A stretch of 64,000 nucleotides of DNA from Macrostomum hystrix. Lineage: Eukaryota; Animalia; Platyhelminthes. Every line of letters starts with the position of its first letter. Position 1 is the stretch's first letter. The notes beneath the pieces were generated by a model, which worked only from the letters and a program-made list of their open reading frames with translations, was not told the origin of the DNA and ran no database searches. Shown in pieces: positions 23,455 through 34,848 of this stretch. A program made the translations under genes and the position numbers. The stretch spans positions 4,464,001-4,528,000 of the forward strand of contig CATNEN010000024.1 of the NCBI GenBank assembly GCA_950097015.1, read 5' to 3'.

Positions 23455-24950
23455 GTCTGGAATTGAGATTTCAGTTAATGGCCAAATTGACACTCGCGCG
23501 CTACGCACGCTCGTGTCTATGGCCATTAACTGAAATCTCAATTCCAGACGACATCATTGTCCAAATTGTCAGCTAGGGGTTAGAAATTAAAGTGGGTGGG
23601 GGATGGAAATGGGGGTGTGGGGGCGAAGCCCCCACATCTTAATATCTGCCACGTCTATGGGAAATCCCAAGGGTTAGAAAAAATCTGTTAGTTCAGTTCC
23701 AGACAACGGCAGAACACACGAAATCATAGAGAATGATATGTCTATGGTCAAGACGACGGAGTTTTAAAGAGTCGCTGTTCATCGGGCGAGTAGAATCAAT
23801 TTCATAGAGTCGCGATAGAATGGAAGGCATTCATTTTCCAATCAATTGGTGCAATCTGCCTATCGACGAATTAGGCAATGTCGACTCGTTCGAACTGAAC
23901 TTTATTTCCGAGACTTCAAATATCGACCGACGCGACGACGAATTTGCAGCGTTCCTTGAATATATTCAAAGTGATCGTTCTAACGATGAACTGCCGTGCC
24001 TAGATGGCGAGCAACTTGATGTTAGCGAGATGGATCGAGTAGAAATTGAAAGCCTACCTGCCGAAACAAGGAAGCAGATGTATATTCACGGGGAACGCTT
24101 CCTTAATCTCCTCGCGAGTGAGAAACTACGAGACGTTTCAGAAGTGCCGGCCGAAACCCTCAATCAGTACTTAAGGTACTTCTACTTTAAATTGAAGCGG
24201 CAGGATGGAAAGTCATATTCGCCTGCTTCTCTAGTCTGCATTAGGGCAGGAATACAGAGGTACCTGCGTGTAATTCGAAAATTGAAAGTAAACATCATCA
24301 CCGGTGTAGAGTTCCAGCAAGCGAACGATATGCTTCGAGTGCAGGTAAGAAAGTTTCACCAAGAAGGCGACGTCCAGCAGTATGAGCCGATCGAAGAGGG
24401 CGACATGACGAAGCTGGCAGATTACTTTCGAGACGGAAGCGCTAAAGCCGAGCAGGATAGGTTCTTGTTCTATATTCTGTACAGTCTCGGTGAGCGGCGT
24501 GACCGTTCCCTACAGAAGAAGAGTACATCGGTTTCTTCTGCTCTTCAGTTGCGCTCTGATGAGGATGCTGTCGCCATCCCTGCTTCCGGTTCGGCTGTTG
24601 CTGAACAAGACGAGTCCGTCGCCATCCCTGCTCCTGACTCGGATGCCACTATCTCCATCCAATCAGGCCTGTGCTTTACCGGCTTAAATAGTCACGACAA
24701 CTCTGTGACTAAGTTCAGTTTCAATGGATGCACGTTTAATCAGTGCAAGTTTAACTAATCTATATACTAAAAATGAAAACTATCTATATTTTTACTAAAA
24801 CTAAAACTTGTTTGTCATTTGTTAAGTTTAAACTATACGCGTTAACTTAAAAAAATTATTCTAAAAATTCCAAACAATGACCGGTCATTGTATGAATGTC
24901 ATTGCCTTGAATTTAATTACCATAGACATTTTGGACAATGAACAGTCTGA
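23455..24950 (+). mobile_element. Crypton-like (tyrosine-recombinase) element derivative; boundaries approximate
   Basis: Contains a DUF3504-type ORF. Imperfect inverted 17-mers at 23554-23570 and 24925-24941 (16/17), a 30-bp perfect hairpin at the left end and an 18-bp palindrome at the right end. Confidence 0.65.
23820..24758 (+). CDS. Crypton/DUF3504 (KCTD1/ZMYM/QRICH1-related) tyrosine-recombinase-like protein, 312 aa, catalytic C-terminal half apparently deleted in frame
   Basis: LNQYLRYFYFKLKRQDGKSYSPASLVCIRAGIQRYL...NII...EFQQAN...I..GDM.KL..YF...FL..I..SLGER matches the family pattern; tail FNGCTFNQCKFN. No HxxR...Y segment is visible. Confidence 0.78.
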   Translation: MEGIHFPINWCNLPIDELGNVDSFELNFISETSNIDRRDDEFAAFLEYIQSDRSNDELPCLDGEQLDVSEMDRVEIESLPAETRKQMYIHGERFLNLLASEKLRDVSEVPAETLNQYLRYFYFKLKRQDGKSYSPASLVCIRAGIQRYLRVIRKLKVNIITGVEFQQANDMLRVQVRKFHQEGDVQQYEPIEEGDMTKLADYFRDGSAKAEQDRFLFYILYSLGERRDRSLQKKSTSVSSALQLRSDEDAVAIPASGSAVAEQDESVAIPAPDSDATISIQSGLCFTGLNSHDNSVTKFSFNGCTFNQCKFN

Positions 24951-25729
24951 AGCTCACTGCTGCACTGAACTACACTCACTATGCAAGTTATAAGATAGCA
25001 TTCAGTTATCTTCTGAATAGACAAGTGACACTATATTTTTAACTACTAGTATTGAGCGTTGTGATTATGTGCTGTGATTAAAATAATATTTTCCTGAATT
25101 CATCACACCGGGTGTTTTCCTGTCTTTGCAAATATATATTAATCAACAGTAAATTACGTTTTAATAGCAATAGCCCTACCATCCACAAATTAAATATAAT
25201 TCTATATACACCCAGTTACGTTACAGACGTTAACATCTGTAACAGACGTTCTCACCCCCTAACGTGTAACAAACGTTACAGACAGAACACAACCAAGTTA
25301 GGATATTACTTTCTGCTTTCTTTTCCGTACAACGCATTGTTATAATCCTTATCGAGAAAGCAACGCGTGATATGTTAAGAAAGACTACTAGGTGAAATGC
25401 ACAGGAAATAAAACCGTTATTTAAACTCTATATAATACAACGTTGCCTTGTACAAACTGTTCTACAAACTTGACTCAGAAAAGGCTCTAACTCACTTTGT
25501 TCATGAAGGCCAATTTGCTATTCAAAACTGTACATAAAGATCTCACGGACAGCAGAAGAATGGGCCCGACCAAACGGGTTAAATACCAAATATAGGAGAA
25601 AGCTATTTTACTTTAATCTATGATTCACCCTAATCACAAATTGAAACAAAAGTAATAAAAAATAAGTAACAATAATAAAAGGCGAAATAATTTGAATCCA
25701 TCAGAACATTAAGCGAACAGACCAACCAT

Positions 25730-25735
25730 TTTATT
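25730..25735 (-). promoter_or_regulatory. Polyadenylation signal AATAAA of RPL23A
   Basis: TTTATT on the + strand, ~80 bp past the RPL23A stop. Confidence 0.55.
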
Positions 25736-25812
25736 ATGTCACACTTAAAAATCTATCTCAGCTAGTTTCCGTTAAGCACATCATCATAAACAGTGAATCG
25801 AAACCCAAGCAG

Positions 25813-28800
25813 TTAGATAATGCCGATCTTGTTGGCCACATCTAGCGCGTCATGGTCGGCGCTGAGCTTGACGTAGGCCTTCTTTAGACCGTCTGGCCTA
25901 ATCAGGGTATTAACCTTGCTAGCCTGAATGTCGTACAGCTTTTTCACCGACATCTTGATCAACGGCTTGCTCGCTCGTTTATCAACAATGAAGACCAGTG
26001 TGTTCTGCTCTTCAATCTTCTTCATAGCAGACTCGGTGGTCAGAGGGTACTGCATGATCTTGAATGCGTCCAATGGATTCCTGCGCGGGATTGAGCGGCG
26101 GGCATACTTCGGCGCGCGAGGCGGCCTGTAGGTTTCCGGGCGCTTAAAGCGAGGAGTTGATCTGATCTTGCGCTTTCGCAGCTGTGTGGTGCCCTTCAGC
26201 TGCTGGGTCTTGGCCTTGAGCGCCTTGGCAACTGTTAGAAAGAAAGTAGTGACAAATGATAAATTCATGAACGATGAAAAAATGATAATTCTAATTAAAG
26301 TATTCCCTGCTCATCTAAGAATTTTTTATCAATTCCCCCAGTTTTAAGAAGCAGAGCTAAAAAGACGAAAGTTTTATAGATACATTGTACACCAAATAGT
26401 CTAACTTAAGGTAAGTTAAAGCTGATAGTGCTAATAGTACTAAAAAATTACTAGAAATAGATTATAGATAGGATCAAGAGGATGGATAAGCCAATGGAGT
26501 GAATGAAGGAAGGATTAAGTGGTAATAGTGATAATAGATGATAATAAATATCAATAAAAGATTAAAAAAGTAAGACAAAAGCATAATAAAGCTAATTAAA
26601 TTAATTACCCCTGAACTATACAAACACCAGCATAGAAAAAAAGCACTGAAGCTGAAACAAATGTTAAAGAAAGTATATTTTTGTGCATAATCTCTCAACT
26701 CATGTATGGGTTGCCTAACAGACATATTTCACCTTAGACAAAATTAAAAAAGTACAAACACTTGGGCCTATGAAGTGCATGTCAGACTCTGAAAAACAAA
26801 CTCAGCTTAAAAACATGACTAAAATTTTGCCAAAGATTTGCTACTCAAAAAAGTTTAAAAGTATGCTTTAATGGGTTTTGGGGTGCTTCTTATGAAAGTA
26901 TTTCATAATTATTTTATCTATTTTATGCCTGCAACACAATGCAGATTCAAGTATTTCACCAGATTATGTTACAAAATGCTTGATGCATGTTCAACATACA
27001 AGTTAACACATTAGACACAATATTACTTAAGTACTTTTCCCCCATTCCTTTTAAACTTTGCTTTCTTTGTTCATTTGCTTAACTTTTGTCATACCATTGA
27101 TGATAAACATTTGGGTGCTGTGACCTTATACTTGACCTCTTTGACATATATTTTGACACATGTCCTAGCTACAAGGTTACACCTGAGAAACACAAATAGG
27201 TCAAGTAACTTTTAAGATATTATCATTTGAAGTGTGCTCTCTCTGCTTATTTGCTTTTTTGCACATTCTAAAACTTTCTTTAGTAGTAAATTAAAAAAAT
27301 AATCTCCCATATTTTTAAGGCAGAGCTTATTCCCATGGTCCCGTGCCGATAATTTCAATTTTATCCACATGGATCTGTGCCAATTATTTTCTGCTTATCC
27401 ACACAGCAGCTTGTATGTATAGGTCTAAAACTAAGAAAATTGTCCAGCAAAAGCATTGGGACACTGTTTTAACTCTCAATAATTTAACGCCTAAGTCCAA
27501 AGGACACACAATTGTAAAGATTCTTAGAGGAAAGCACAGAACTAGTTAACATGCTTTCGTTGAGTTTCTGAAACCTTATTTTTGTAAGGTAACAAGTCAG
27601 TAGTATCATTTGCGCATGTATGTGGAATGTTTATCATTTCTGTGGAATACAAATTTCAGCGCGATTCTTTATGCAATTGTTAGCAATGATACATATCATT
27701 CGAAATTAATGCTAATTTGAAATTTAATGTGTGCATTGCTCATAATTAAAAGAGGCCCTACTACAGGTACTGCAGGTTCTGGAAAACATGTATGGCCATT
27801 TGTATATAGCACATGATTATTGCTACACAGTTCTAGTAAAATGTGCTTAAAGTTCTTAAAGTTACAGGCAAAACAAGCTGCCGTGTGGATAAGGCAGAGA
27901 ATTATCGGCACAGATCTGTGTGGATAAAATTGAAATTAACGGCATGGCATAAATAAAGAAATATATGAGATAGGGCACCGATTGTATATTTCTTAGAAGT
28001 CAAATTCCCGCGAAAACTTAATATTTTGTTTAACTTTGCGTAAAATTGTTTTAATGCACCAATTTGTTTTAAAAGCACCTTTTGTTTAAATGCACCGAAT
28101 AATTATTGTTTGAATGAAGTCGCGGAATGATAGGAGAATTTACTATAAATACACGAGAGAAAACAGGGAGACAGACAACGTGTTAACGTGTTGTATGCAC
28201 ATACGTTCTGATAAAGAAAGCTTGAATCTTTAAGTGTTCGTGTTAAAGAGTTATTTGAAGAGACATTGCGAAAGGAGAGTAATAAGAGTGAAAGATAGCT
28301 GTAACTCTAGATCCATTGGAAAGCCCTATGAAACGGACTGAAGATTGAAATTGAAGACTGAACTGAAGATTGAATTGAAGGTTAACTGAATGATAATTGA
28401 AGACGGATAAAGACGGATAAAGACGGATAAAGACTGATAAAGACTGATAAAGACAGATAAAGATTGATACAAAGTACTTATAGAAATAATACAGTAAAGT
28501 TATAAGCAGAAGGGAATATAGAAGAGATACCGGCCATACTGAAAGTATAACGCTACCATATTGAAAGTATAACGCTACCATATTTGAATACATAAACGCT
28601 ACCAATTTGAATTGAGATAAAGCGAATAATTAAAAGACATTCATAAGATTGACAAAAGTATAAAAGGCCTGTAACAACTTTGGTAACAGCAGTAGAATTA
28701 ATTTAGCCCTACAACAACTTTGGTGACATTGTTAGGAGTAATATCGAATATAGACAGAGGCCTACGACAACTTTGGTGGCAGCGGTAAAGGATCTAGAAA

Positions 28801-31800
28801 CAGCGCAAATTATCAGACTTCACAAGCATGTTACTCCTAGTCGTGATTATGATGGTCATGGTGAACCAACAGCCAGCTCATCCCTCATTGTTTGAAGGAC
28901 AGCAGGCAAATGAGAAGAGATCAGCTGGAAGAGGAAGAAGGAATCATGAGACCATAACGAAGGACAACTTCCACATGTTTAACAGGTGCTACCTGTGTGG
29001 CACACCCGGAACATCAACAGAACTAAGAAGCAGAACTAGCGAAGAACAGAAGGACAAAAGACCAGGTTATCATGTGTGCAGAGTCGTCCTGAGACGCTCC
29101 GAGAATAAATGAAGGTTCCCGATAAGAACTCTGAAGGACGAAACTGAATCTGTAAATAGTGTATAAAAATGCTTTGTATATAAATTGCGTAAAAAGACAA
29201 TAAAAATAATAAAAAGAAATACGAAAAAATAAGGTGCCTGATTGGGAGAACAAATACATCACAGAAACACAAACACACACACATACACATACTCGTATGC
29301 AGTGATGCAGTAAAAGTGAGCAATTGAAAGTGAAAAAGTGGAATAATCACTTGACTTTGAGAAAGAATTGAGAATTGATGAGAAGAGTTGCGAGAAGTTG
29401 TGCAGGAGGTACGCTTAATTGGCCAGCCAGATGGTCTGACCCAGCTACCGAATGCAAAGAAGTAAAAAATTGGAATGTCAATTGTGCTGTCTAGCCTCAT
29501 TGAAGGCTCAAGCCAAAAGAGAACATTTCCAAGAAGAAAGTGGAGAGAGAAGAGATCAACAGTGGAGACAGTTAATCTAGTCTGCTCCTGAGATCTAGAG
29601 ATTCCCCAAAAGTTGAGAAAATGAGAGAAGAAGAAATTTCGAGAAGAATCACTGTTATGTGATAGCTATCCAAATTCATTCGTTTAAGGAATCAAGCTAT
29701 TAAGCACGTCAGATTCCCAAGGGTGATGGATATGCTGGAATTTAAAAGAGAGAAATTGAAGGAGAAAGAGTAGGAGAGAAATTAATTGTGCATAGAAATA
29801 ACATCACACCAGTTCCAAACACACAGATCACATAGCAATCCGCAGAACAAACAAGAAAGGGAGGTCACAAAACTAGCCACACTACACGGTCAAAAGTTAA
29901 GGGAGGTCAGGCCACCTCAAATAAAAAGAAACAGAATGTAATTGTCATTAACGAAGAAGAAGACGAATCCGAAGAAGAAGACAGAATTAGATGGAGAGTT
30001 AACATGCCAAATGAAGAATCCGAAGACGAAATGTATGCAGAACAAGAAGCATTCCATGACAATGAAAGCGAAAGGCAAGAAGAATCGAATGAGTCAGAAC
30101 AAGAAGGAACAGACAGCGAAATGGACAAGACTGAGGAAATGAACATGAATGAGTCAGAGATTGAACGTGAAGAAGAAAGAAATGTACAGGCAGAAGAAAC
30201 ACACGAATATAATCTGAGATCACGAGGCGAGCGCGTGCAGCCAACGGACACAGCAGAGCCTACCCCAGGCAGGGGAAGATTGCGTCATACCCAGCCAGTC
30301 ACACACGGATTTGTGCCCCGCGAGAGGTATAGGCACCTAAATTGAGAACAATAGAGAACAATGGGAGCCAAGTTAACACAGATTTGCATTAAAGCCAATG
30401 TTAATTGATTAAGATTTCAAGTAAGAAAAATTAAAAAAGTAAATAAATTGTGATCTGAAAATGATATTGAAAAAGTAAAAACACCAATGTATTCGGGAGA
30501 TTGAGATCTTGAAAAAGAATCTAAACATGAAAATGTAAGTGTAAATGATAAAGTCAGAAAGTGAAATTAAATAAGTGTGATCTATGACTCGGCTGAGTAA
30601 AGGTGTCAAAAGTGGCCCTCAGATCCCTGGGGAGCCCGAACACAATGATGCGGTCCAGTTTTAATTCTATATCCTCAGACCCCCTGGGCCCGCTGGAGAA
30701 AATTCTTCAAGGCGAGCTAAGAGAGCGAGACTTGCGCACGTAAATTGCATTAATAAGACAAACAAAATGGATTGCGATCTAGACACGTTTCTAGAAGAAT
30801 TGTTGAACGAGGGTAATCCAGCCCAGGAAAACATGGAGCCAGCCGCACCTGAACGAGTCAGCACCCGACCAAAGCTGCCAATAGCGACTAACATGACAAC
30901 GAAAAGGGCACGCACGCCATCTCCAGTAGAGGTAAAACAAGCGAGATTGACCCCGGCGTCAAGCGCTGGTCGACAGCTAAAATCGGTGGTTCACGTTAGT
31001 ACGACTGGCGGCCCGGCGCGTTCGGCGGAAGCTGTTCATCATCGGCACTCGGCTGGGCCAGCAAAGCAACTAAGGCCAGCACCACAAGAATCCCGGGCTC
31101 GGAGAGAGAGCCGCAGCCGACACCACCGCCACAGCCAATAGTGCTGCCGCAGCCGATACTGCCGCCAAAGCCGACACCACCACAGCCAATAGTGCCGCCG
31201 CAGCCGATATCACCGCCGAAGCCGACGCCGCTACAGCAACAGCATGCACCAACCCCGCAGACGACCAGAGAGAGAGAGGAGGAGCAGCGCGAAATGCTAG
31301 TGCACGAGCTGCGCCAGTACATGGAGCGTGTTGCCTACCACACGTATGAACTATCGTACCCCCAGAGAACTCAAATCTGGAAAAGCATGACATCGCTGAA
31401 GAATATGTCACAAGAACAGGCAGTCAACATCTTGAAGGAGGTAGCGCAATGCATGCACAACGGCGCAGCAACCAGCGAGGTAACCATGCACCGCAAGGTG
31501 CTGACCATGGAGTTCCGTTGGGCGTTCCGCCAGATCCGCTGGCCCTATTACAAAGCGCTGCCGGCCCCCTGTGACTTCTAGTGGAGCTAAGGACATTCAT
31601 TTACTTTCTTATTTGGTGAAGGGTATATTTGTTGTCTATTTTCCTAGTTTACATAGAATAGTATGTTTTGTTATTTTAGGAATCTTATGCCTATAGTTTT
31701 ATTTTTCTGCTCATTTTATTATTTTGCTTAAAGTGTATACAGTACTCTTGTTATATGCCACTTTCTTTTATGTGTGATGCTTTTATGTGCTATATTCTCA

Positions 31801-33876
31801 CTTACTACGTTTTATTCGAATATATGCAATTAGGGAGGTCAAGTTGAGATAGGGCACCGATTGTATATTTCTTAGAAGTCAAATTCCCGCGAAAACTTAA
31901 TATTTTGTTTAACTTTGCGTAAAATTGTTTTAATGCACCAATTTGTTTTAAAAGCACCTTTTGTTTAAATGCACCGAATAATTATTGTTTGAATGAAGTC
32001 GCGGAATGATAGGAGAATTTACTATAAATACACGAGAGAAATCAGGGAGACAGACAACGTGTTAACGTGTTGTATGCACATACGTTCTGATAAAGAAAGC
32101 TTGAATCTTTAAGTGTTCGTGTTAAAGAGTTATTTGAAGAGACATTGCGAAAGGAGAGTAATAAGAGTGAAAGATAGCTGTAACTCTAGATCCATTGGAA
32201 AGCCCTATGAAACGGACTGAAGATTGAAATTGAAGACTGAACTGAAGATTGAATTGAAGGTTAACTGAATGATAATTGAAGACGGATAAAGACGGATAAA
32301 GACGGATAAAGACTGATAAAGACTGATAAAGACAGATAAAGATTGATACAAAGTACTTATAGAAATAATACAGTAAAGTTATAAGCAGAAGGGAATATAG
32401 AAGAGATACCGGCCATACTGAAAGTATAACGCTACCATATTGAAAGTATAACGCTACCATATTTGAATACATAAACGCTACCAATTTGAATTGAGATAAA
32501 GCGAATAATTAAAAGACATTCATAAGATTGACAAAAGTATAAAAGGCCTGTAACAACTTTGGTAACAGCAGTAGAATTAATTTAGCCCTACAACAACTTT
32601 GGTGACATTGTTAGGAGTAATATCGAATATAGACAGAGGCCTACGACATATAGACATATTCATACAAGCTGCCATGTGGATAAGCTGAAAATTATTGGCA
32701 CAGATCTGTGTAGATAAAATTGAAATTATCGGCATGGGACTGTGGGAATAAACACTTCCTATTTTTAAAGCCATATTTGGCATCAGAGTCTGATAGACAC
32801 TCTTTGAATTAGTGAATTTTGTATAAAGAGAAAAATGTCTGCCAATGCTAAGGAAGCCATACATAAACTACTCAGACATCATGTGACTTTTGCCACATGC
32901 CAGACTAGAAACTAGGCCCTATATGTTATTCTGAATATTAAACTGCATTGAAATTCAGTTGCATCTCAAAGTGCCAACTAAACTCTGATTTGCAAGATGG
33001 GCATTTTTTTAATTTAATCAATATAAAAGCAATTCACAAATTCAGCTACTTAAAAGATAAGGAGCAAAAGTAGGGGGCCTATTTTTTTTAGCAATTTTTC
33101 TTATTTTATTATTACTACTTTAATTACTAATTTATATATATAAACTATAAGCTTTTTGAGCTGAACTCAAAACTGTAAACCTGGTCATAGGTAAAGTGAG
33201 AAATAATATGAATTAATATAAGGTAGGCCTATTAAATGAAATGTTTGAAAGAAAAAAGTTTGTAATTTTTGGGGGTAAACTGTAATATAATTGGAAGTAA
33301 ATTGTAGTGATAATTGAAATTAAATTTGCAGCAATTAGGCCTAGTAATAATTGAAAGTAAACTAGAGTTATAAATTTATAATATTAATTAGTATAATTGA
33401 AAACAAAGAAAGTAGCCTAGCTGAAATTTAGGGAACACGAAATTGTTAGAAATATTTGTATAATGAAATCAGTTGCTGAAGTGACAGCTTGTGCAAATAC
33501 ATACATACAGATGCTAGGCCCTACCAATCTTGACGTAGTATTAAATAAGATTAGCCATGTTACATAAGCTACACAACAAGCTTCTTAATCTTAGATTCTT
33601 AGTTAGCTTCCCTTTCAAATGATCTGAATCTGACTATTTTCTAAAATAATAAATATTTGGTCTAGCCTTCCGAACATCTTAAGCTATTCGGCAAAAATCA
33701 ATGTTTACAGTTAGAACTTAGAGTTCCATATCTTCTGGTCTTGGCTTAGTTAATAATATTATTATAAACGAATTAACTAGCTTTGTGAACACCAGGCCAA
33801 ACGACATACAAAGCTTATTTTACTTTATTAACTTACCTCCCTTTTTTGCTGCATCAGTCTTAGGCTTCGGAGCCAT
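25813..33876 (-). CDS. RPL23A: 60S ribosomal protein L23a (uL23), 2 coding exons, 152 aa
   Basis: Exon 33876-33837 ([13 protein letters not shown], donor GTAAGT, phase 1) joins exon 26231-25813 (acceptor TTTCTAACAG). Motifs: [62 protein letters not shown]. Confidence 0.96.
27966..28769 (+). repeat. 5' LTR
   Basis: Direct repeat of 31845-32648 with a TATAAA-like box near 28144 and internal 10-bp (AAGACGGATA) and ~22-bp duplications. Confidence 0.96.
28774..28786 (+). promoter_or_regulatory. Primer-binding site TGGTGGCAGCGGT, complementary to the 3' end of tRNA-Leu (AAG/TAG type)
   Basis: Lies 4 nt after the LTR end. Complementary to ...ACCGCTGCCA-CCA, the conserved end of metazoan tRNA-Leu (from knowledge). 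Confidence 0.85.
29836..30345 (+). pseudogene. Retained C-terminal tail of gypsy Pol (basic then acidic, YNLRSR)
   Basis: [25 protein letters not shown] aligns with KAKGSQRKRRRLEV..ESEEEDERLDWQCN, which directly follows the integrase fragment at 38265-38510. Confidence 0.7.
30767..31581 (+). pseudogene. Accessory ORF of the LTR element (~270 aa if one frameshift is repaired), unknown family
   Basis: ORFs 30767..31141 and 31141..31581 join if one GA unit is removed from GGAGAGAGAG at 31101-31110. The C-terminal domain is homologous to the ORF at 35896-37413. Confidence 0.7.
31845..32648 (+). repeat. 3' LTR
   Basis: Direct repeat of 27966-28769. Confidence 0.96.
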
Positions 33877-34848
33877 TCTATTTTGTACTGGCAATAATTA
33901 TTTAATTCAAGTAATTGTAGCTTCAACTAATCAAAGGTAACAATTACTGAGATTACTACTTTTCCAAAATCACGTTTTCCGCACGGGGTTGTCGTTTCAT
34001 AGAATATAGAGGTTGTAAAAATGTTTGATTGAGTACTGTCCTATTTTAGTTATTTAAGACTGTTTAGGACTAAGGGTCCACTGCTCCGGCGCTGGATGCT
34101 GTAGGAAGCTAAAATTGCTCGTGCTTCATCTACAGCCATGGCAATTAATATTTTTCTATGTTACGACCCTTTGTTTTAACTATTATTTTTTTTCGGTAAG
34201 TCTGATTACTGGTACTGGAAAATAGGACGTCAATAAACTAGATAGTAAAGCTTACGACAAATAATTATGACGTATGACAGACTAGAAAAACTTCGAAAAA
34301 CCGAGTTGCATTTTTTCAACGATTATTGACAATGTCAATAGTGTGTGTATATATTATGCACCATGTAGTACTTTTAGACATTGTTTCGTGGTTAGGCCTA
34401 GTCTGTTTCAAGCGAAGCTAGCTAGTGTTAGCTAGGCTTAGTAAAAGAAAAAATCGTTTTACTAGATCTTGTGTTACTTTTTACTATAGGCCTAATATCT
34501 ATCTAGGCTTGCTATCTAACATAGGCCTGTTATACACTTTATATCATAGGCCTATTATCACATGGTCATTAGGTTCGTTCAGGTGCTGGTCACTTCATCA
34601 AAAGTCATTTCATCAAAAGCCATTTCATCAAATGGTTGTCAACTGAACTCATCCCTGTATTTTGTCACTTTGTCAAATAGCCAATTGGGCCATCTCAAAC
34701 ACTGGTCACTTTGTCAAATATCTAGAATATATGTGGGAGGCCTCTTTCTTTATTCTAAAATCTCTGTCTCAAATAAATATGTATATGTATCAGTACATGT
34801 ATTGTATTCACCTATGCCAAATCAATATGATTTATATGTACTTGTGCA

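Larger units (their letters stand above)
27966..32648 (+). mobile_element. Non-autonomous gypsy-type LTR retrotransposon with a recent insertion and no recognisable RT/RNaseH/integrase core
   Basis: 804-bp LTRs 27966-28769 and 31845-32648, both TG...CA; one mismatch seen (28163 A vs 32042 T). 4-bp TSD TATA (27962-27965 / 32649-32652). PBS at 28774-28786 and purine tract AGGGAGG at 31832-31838. Confidence 0.95.
27319..32759. mobile_element. Mutator-like (MULE) non-autonomous element, ~754 bp without its LTR insert, ~110-bp TIRs
   Basis: 9-bp TSD TATTTTTAA at 27310-27318 and 32760-32768. TIRs start GG (GGCAGAGCTTATTCCC vs reverse complement GGAAGTGTTTATTCCC). A third TIR-like copy lies at ~27873-27955. 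Confidence 0.85.

Noticed and set aside
27361-27403. TTATCCACA (DnaA-box) copies
   Set aside because: They are subterminal motifs in the MULE TIR of a eukaryotic intron; the match is coincidental.
28243-28605. Hydrophobic 120-aa ORF duplicated at 32122-32484
   Set aside because: It is an antisense reading of the LTR; the duplication simply reflects the two LTRs.
26232-33836. Intronic snoRNA (vertebrate RPL23A hosts box C/D snoRNAs)
   Set aside because: I found no convincing box C/box D pair with a terminal stem on the sense strand by eye; a covariance-model search would be needed.
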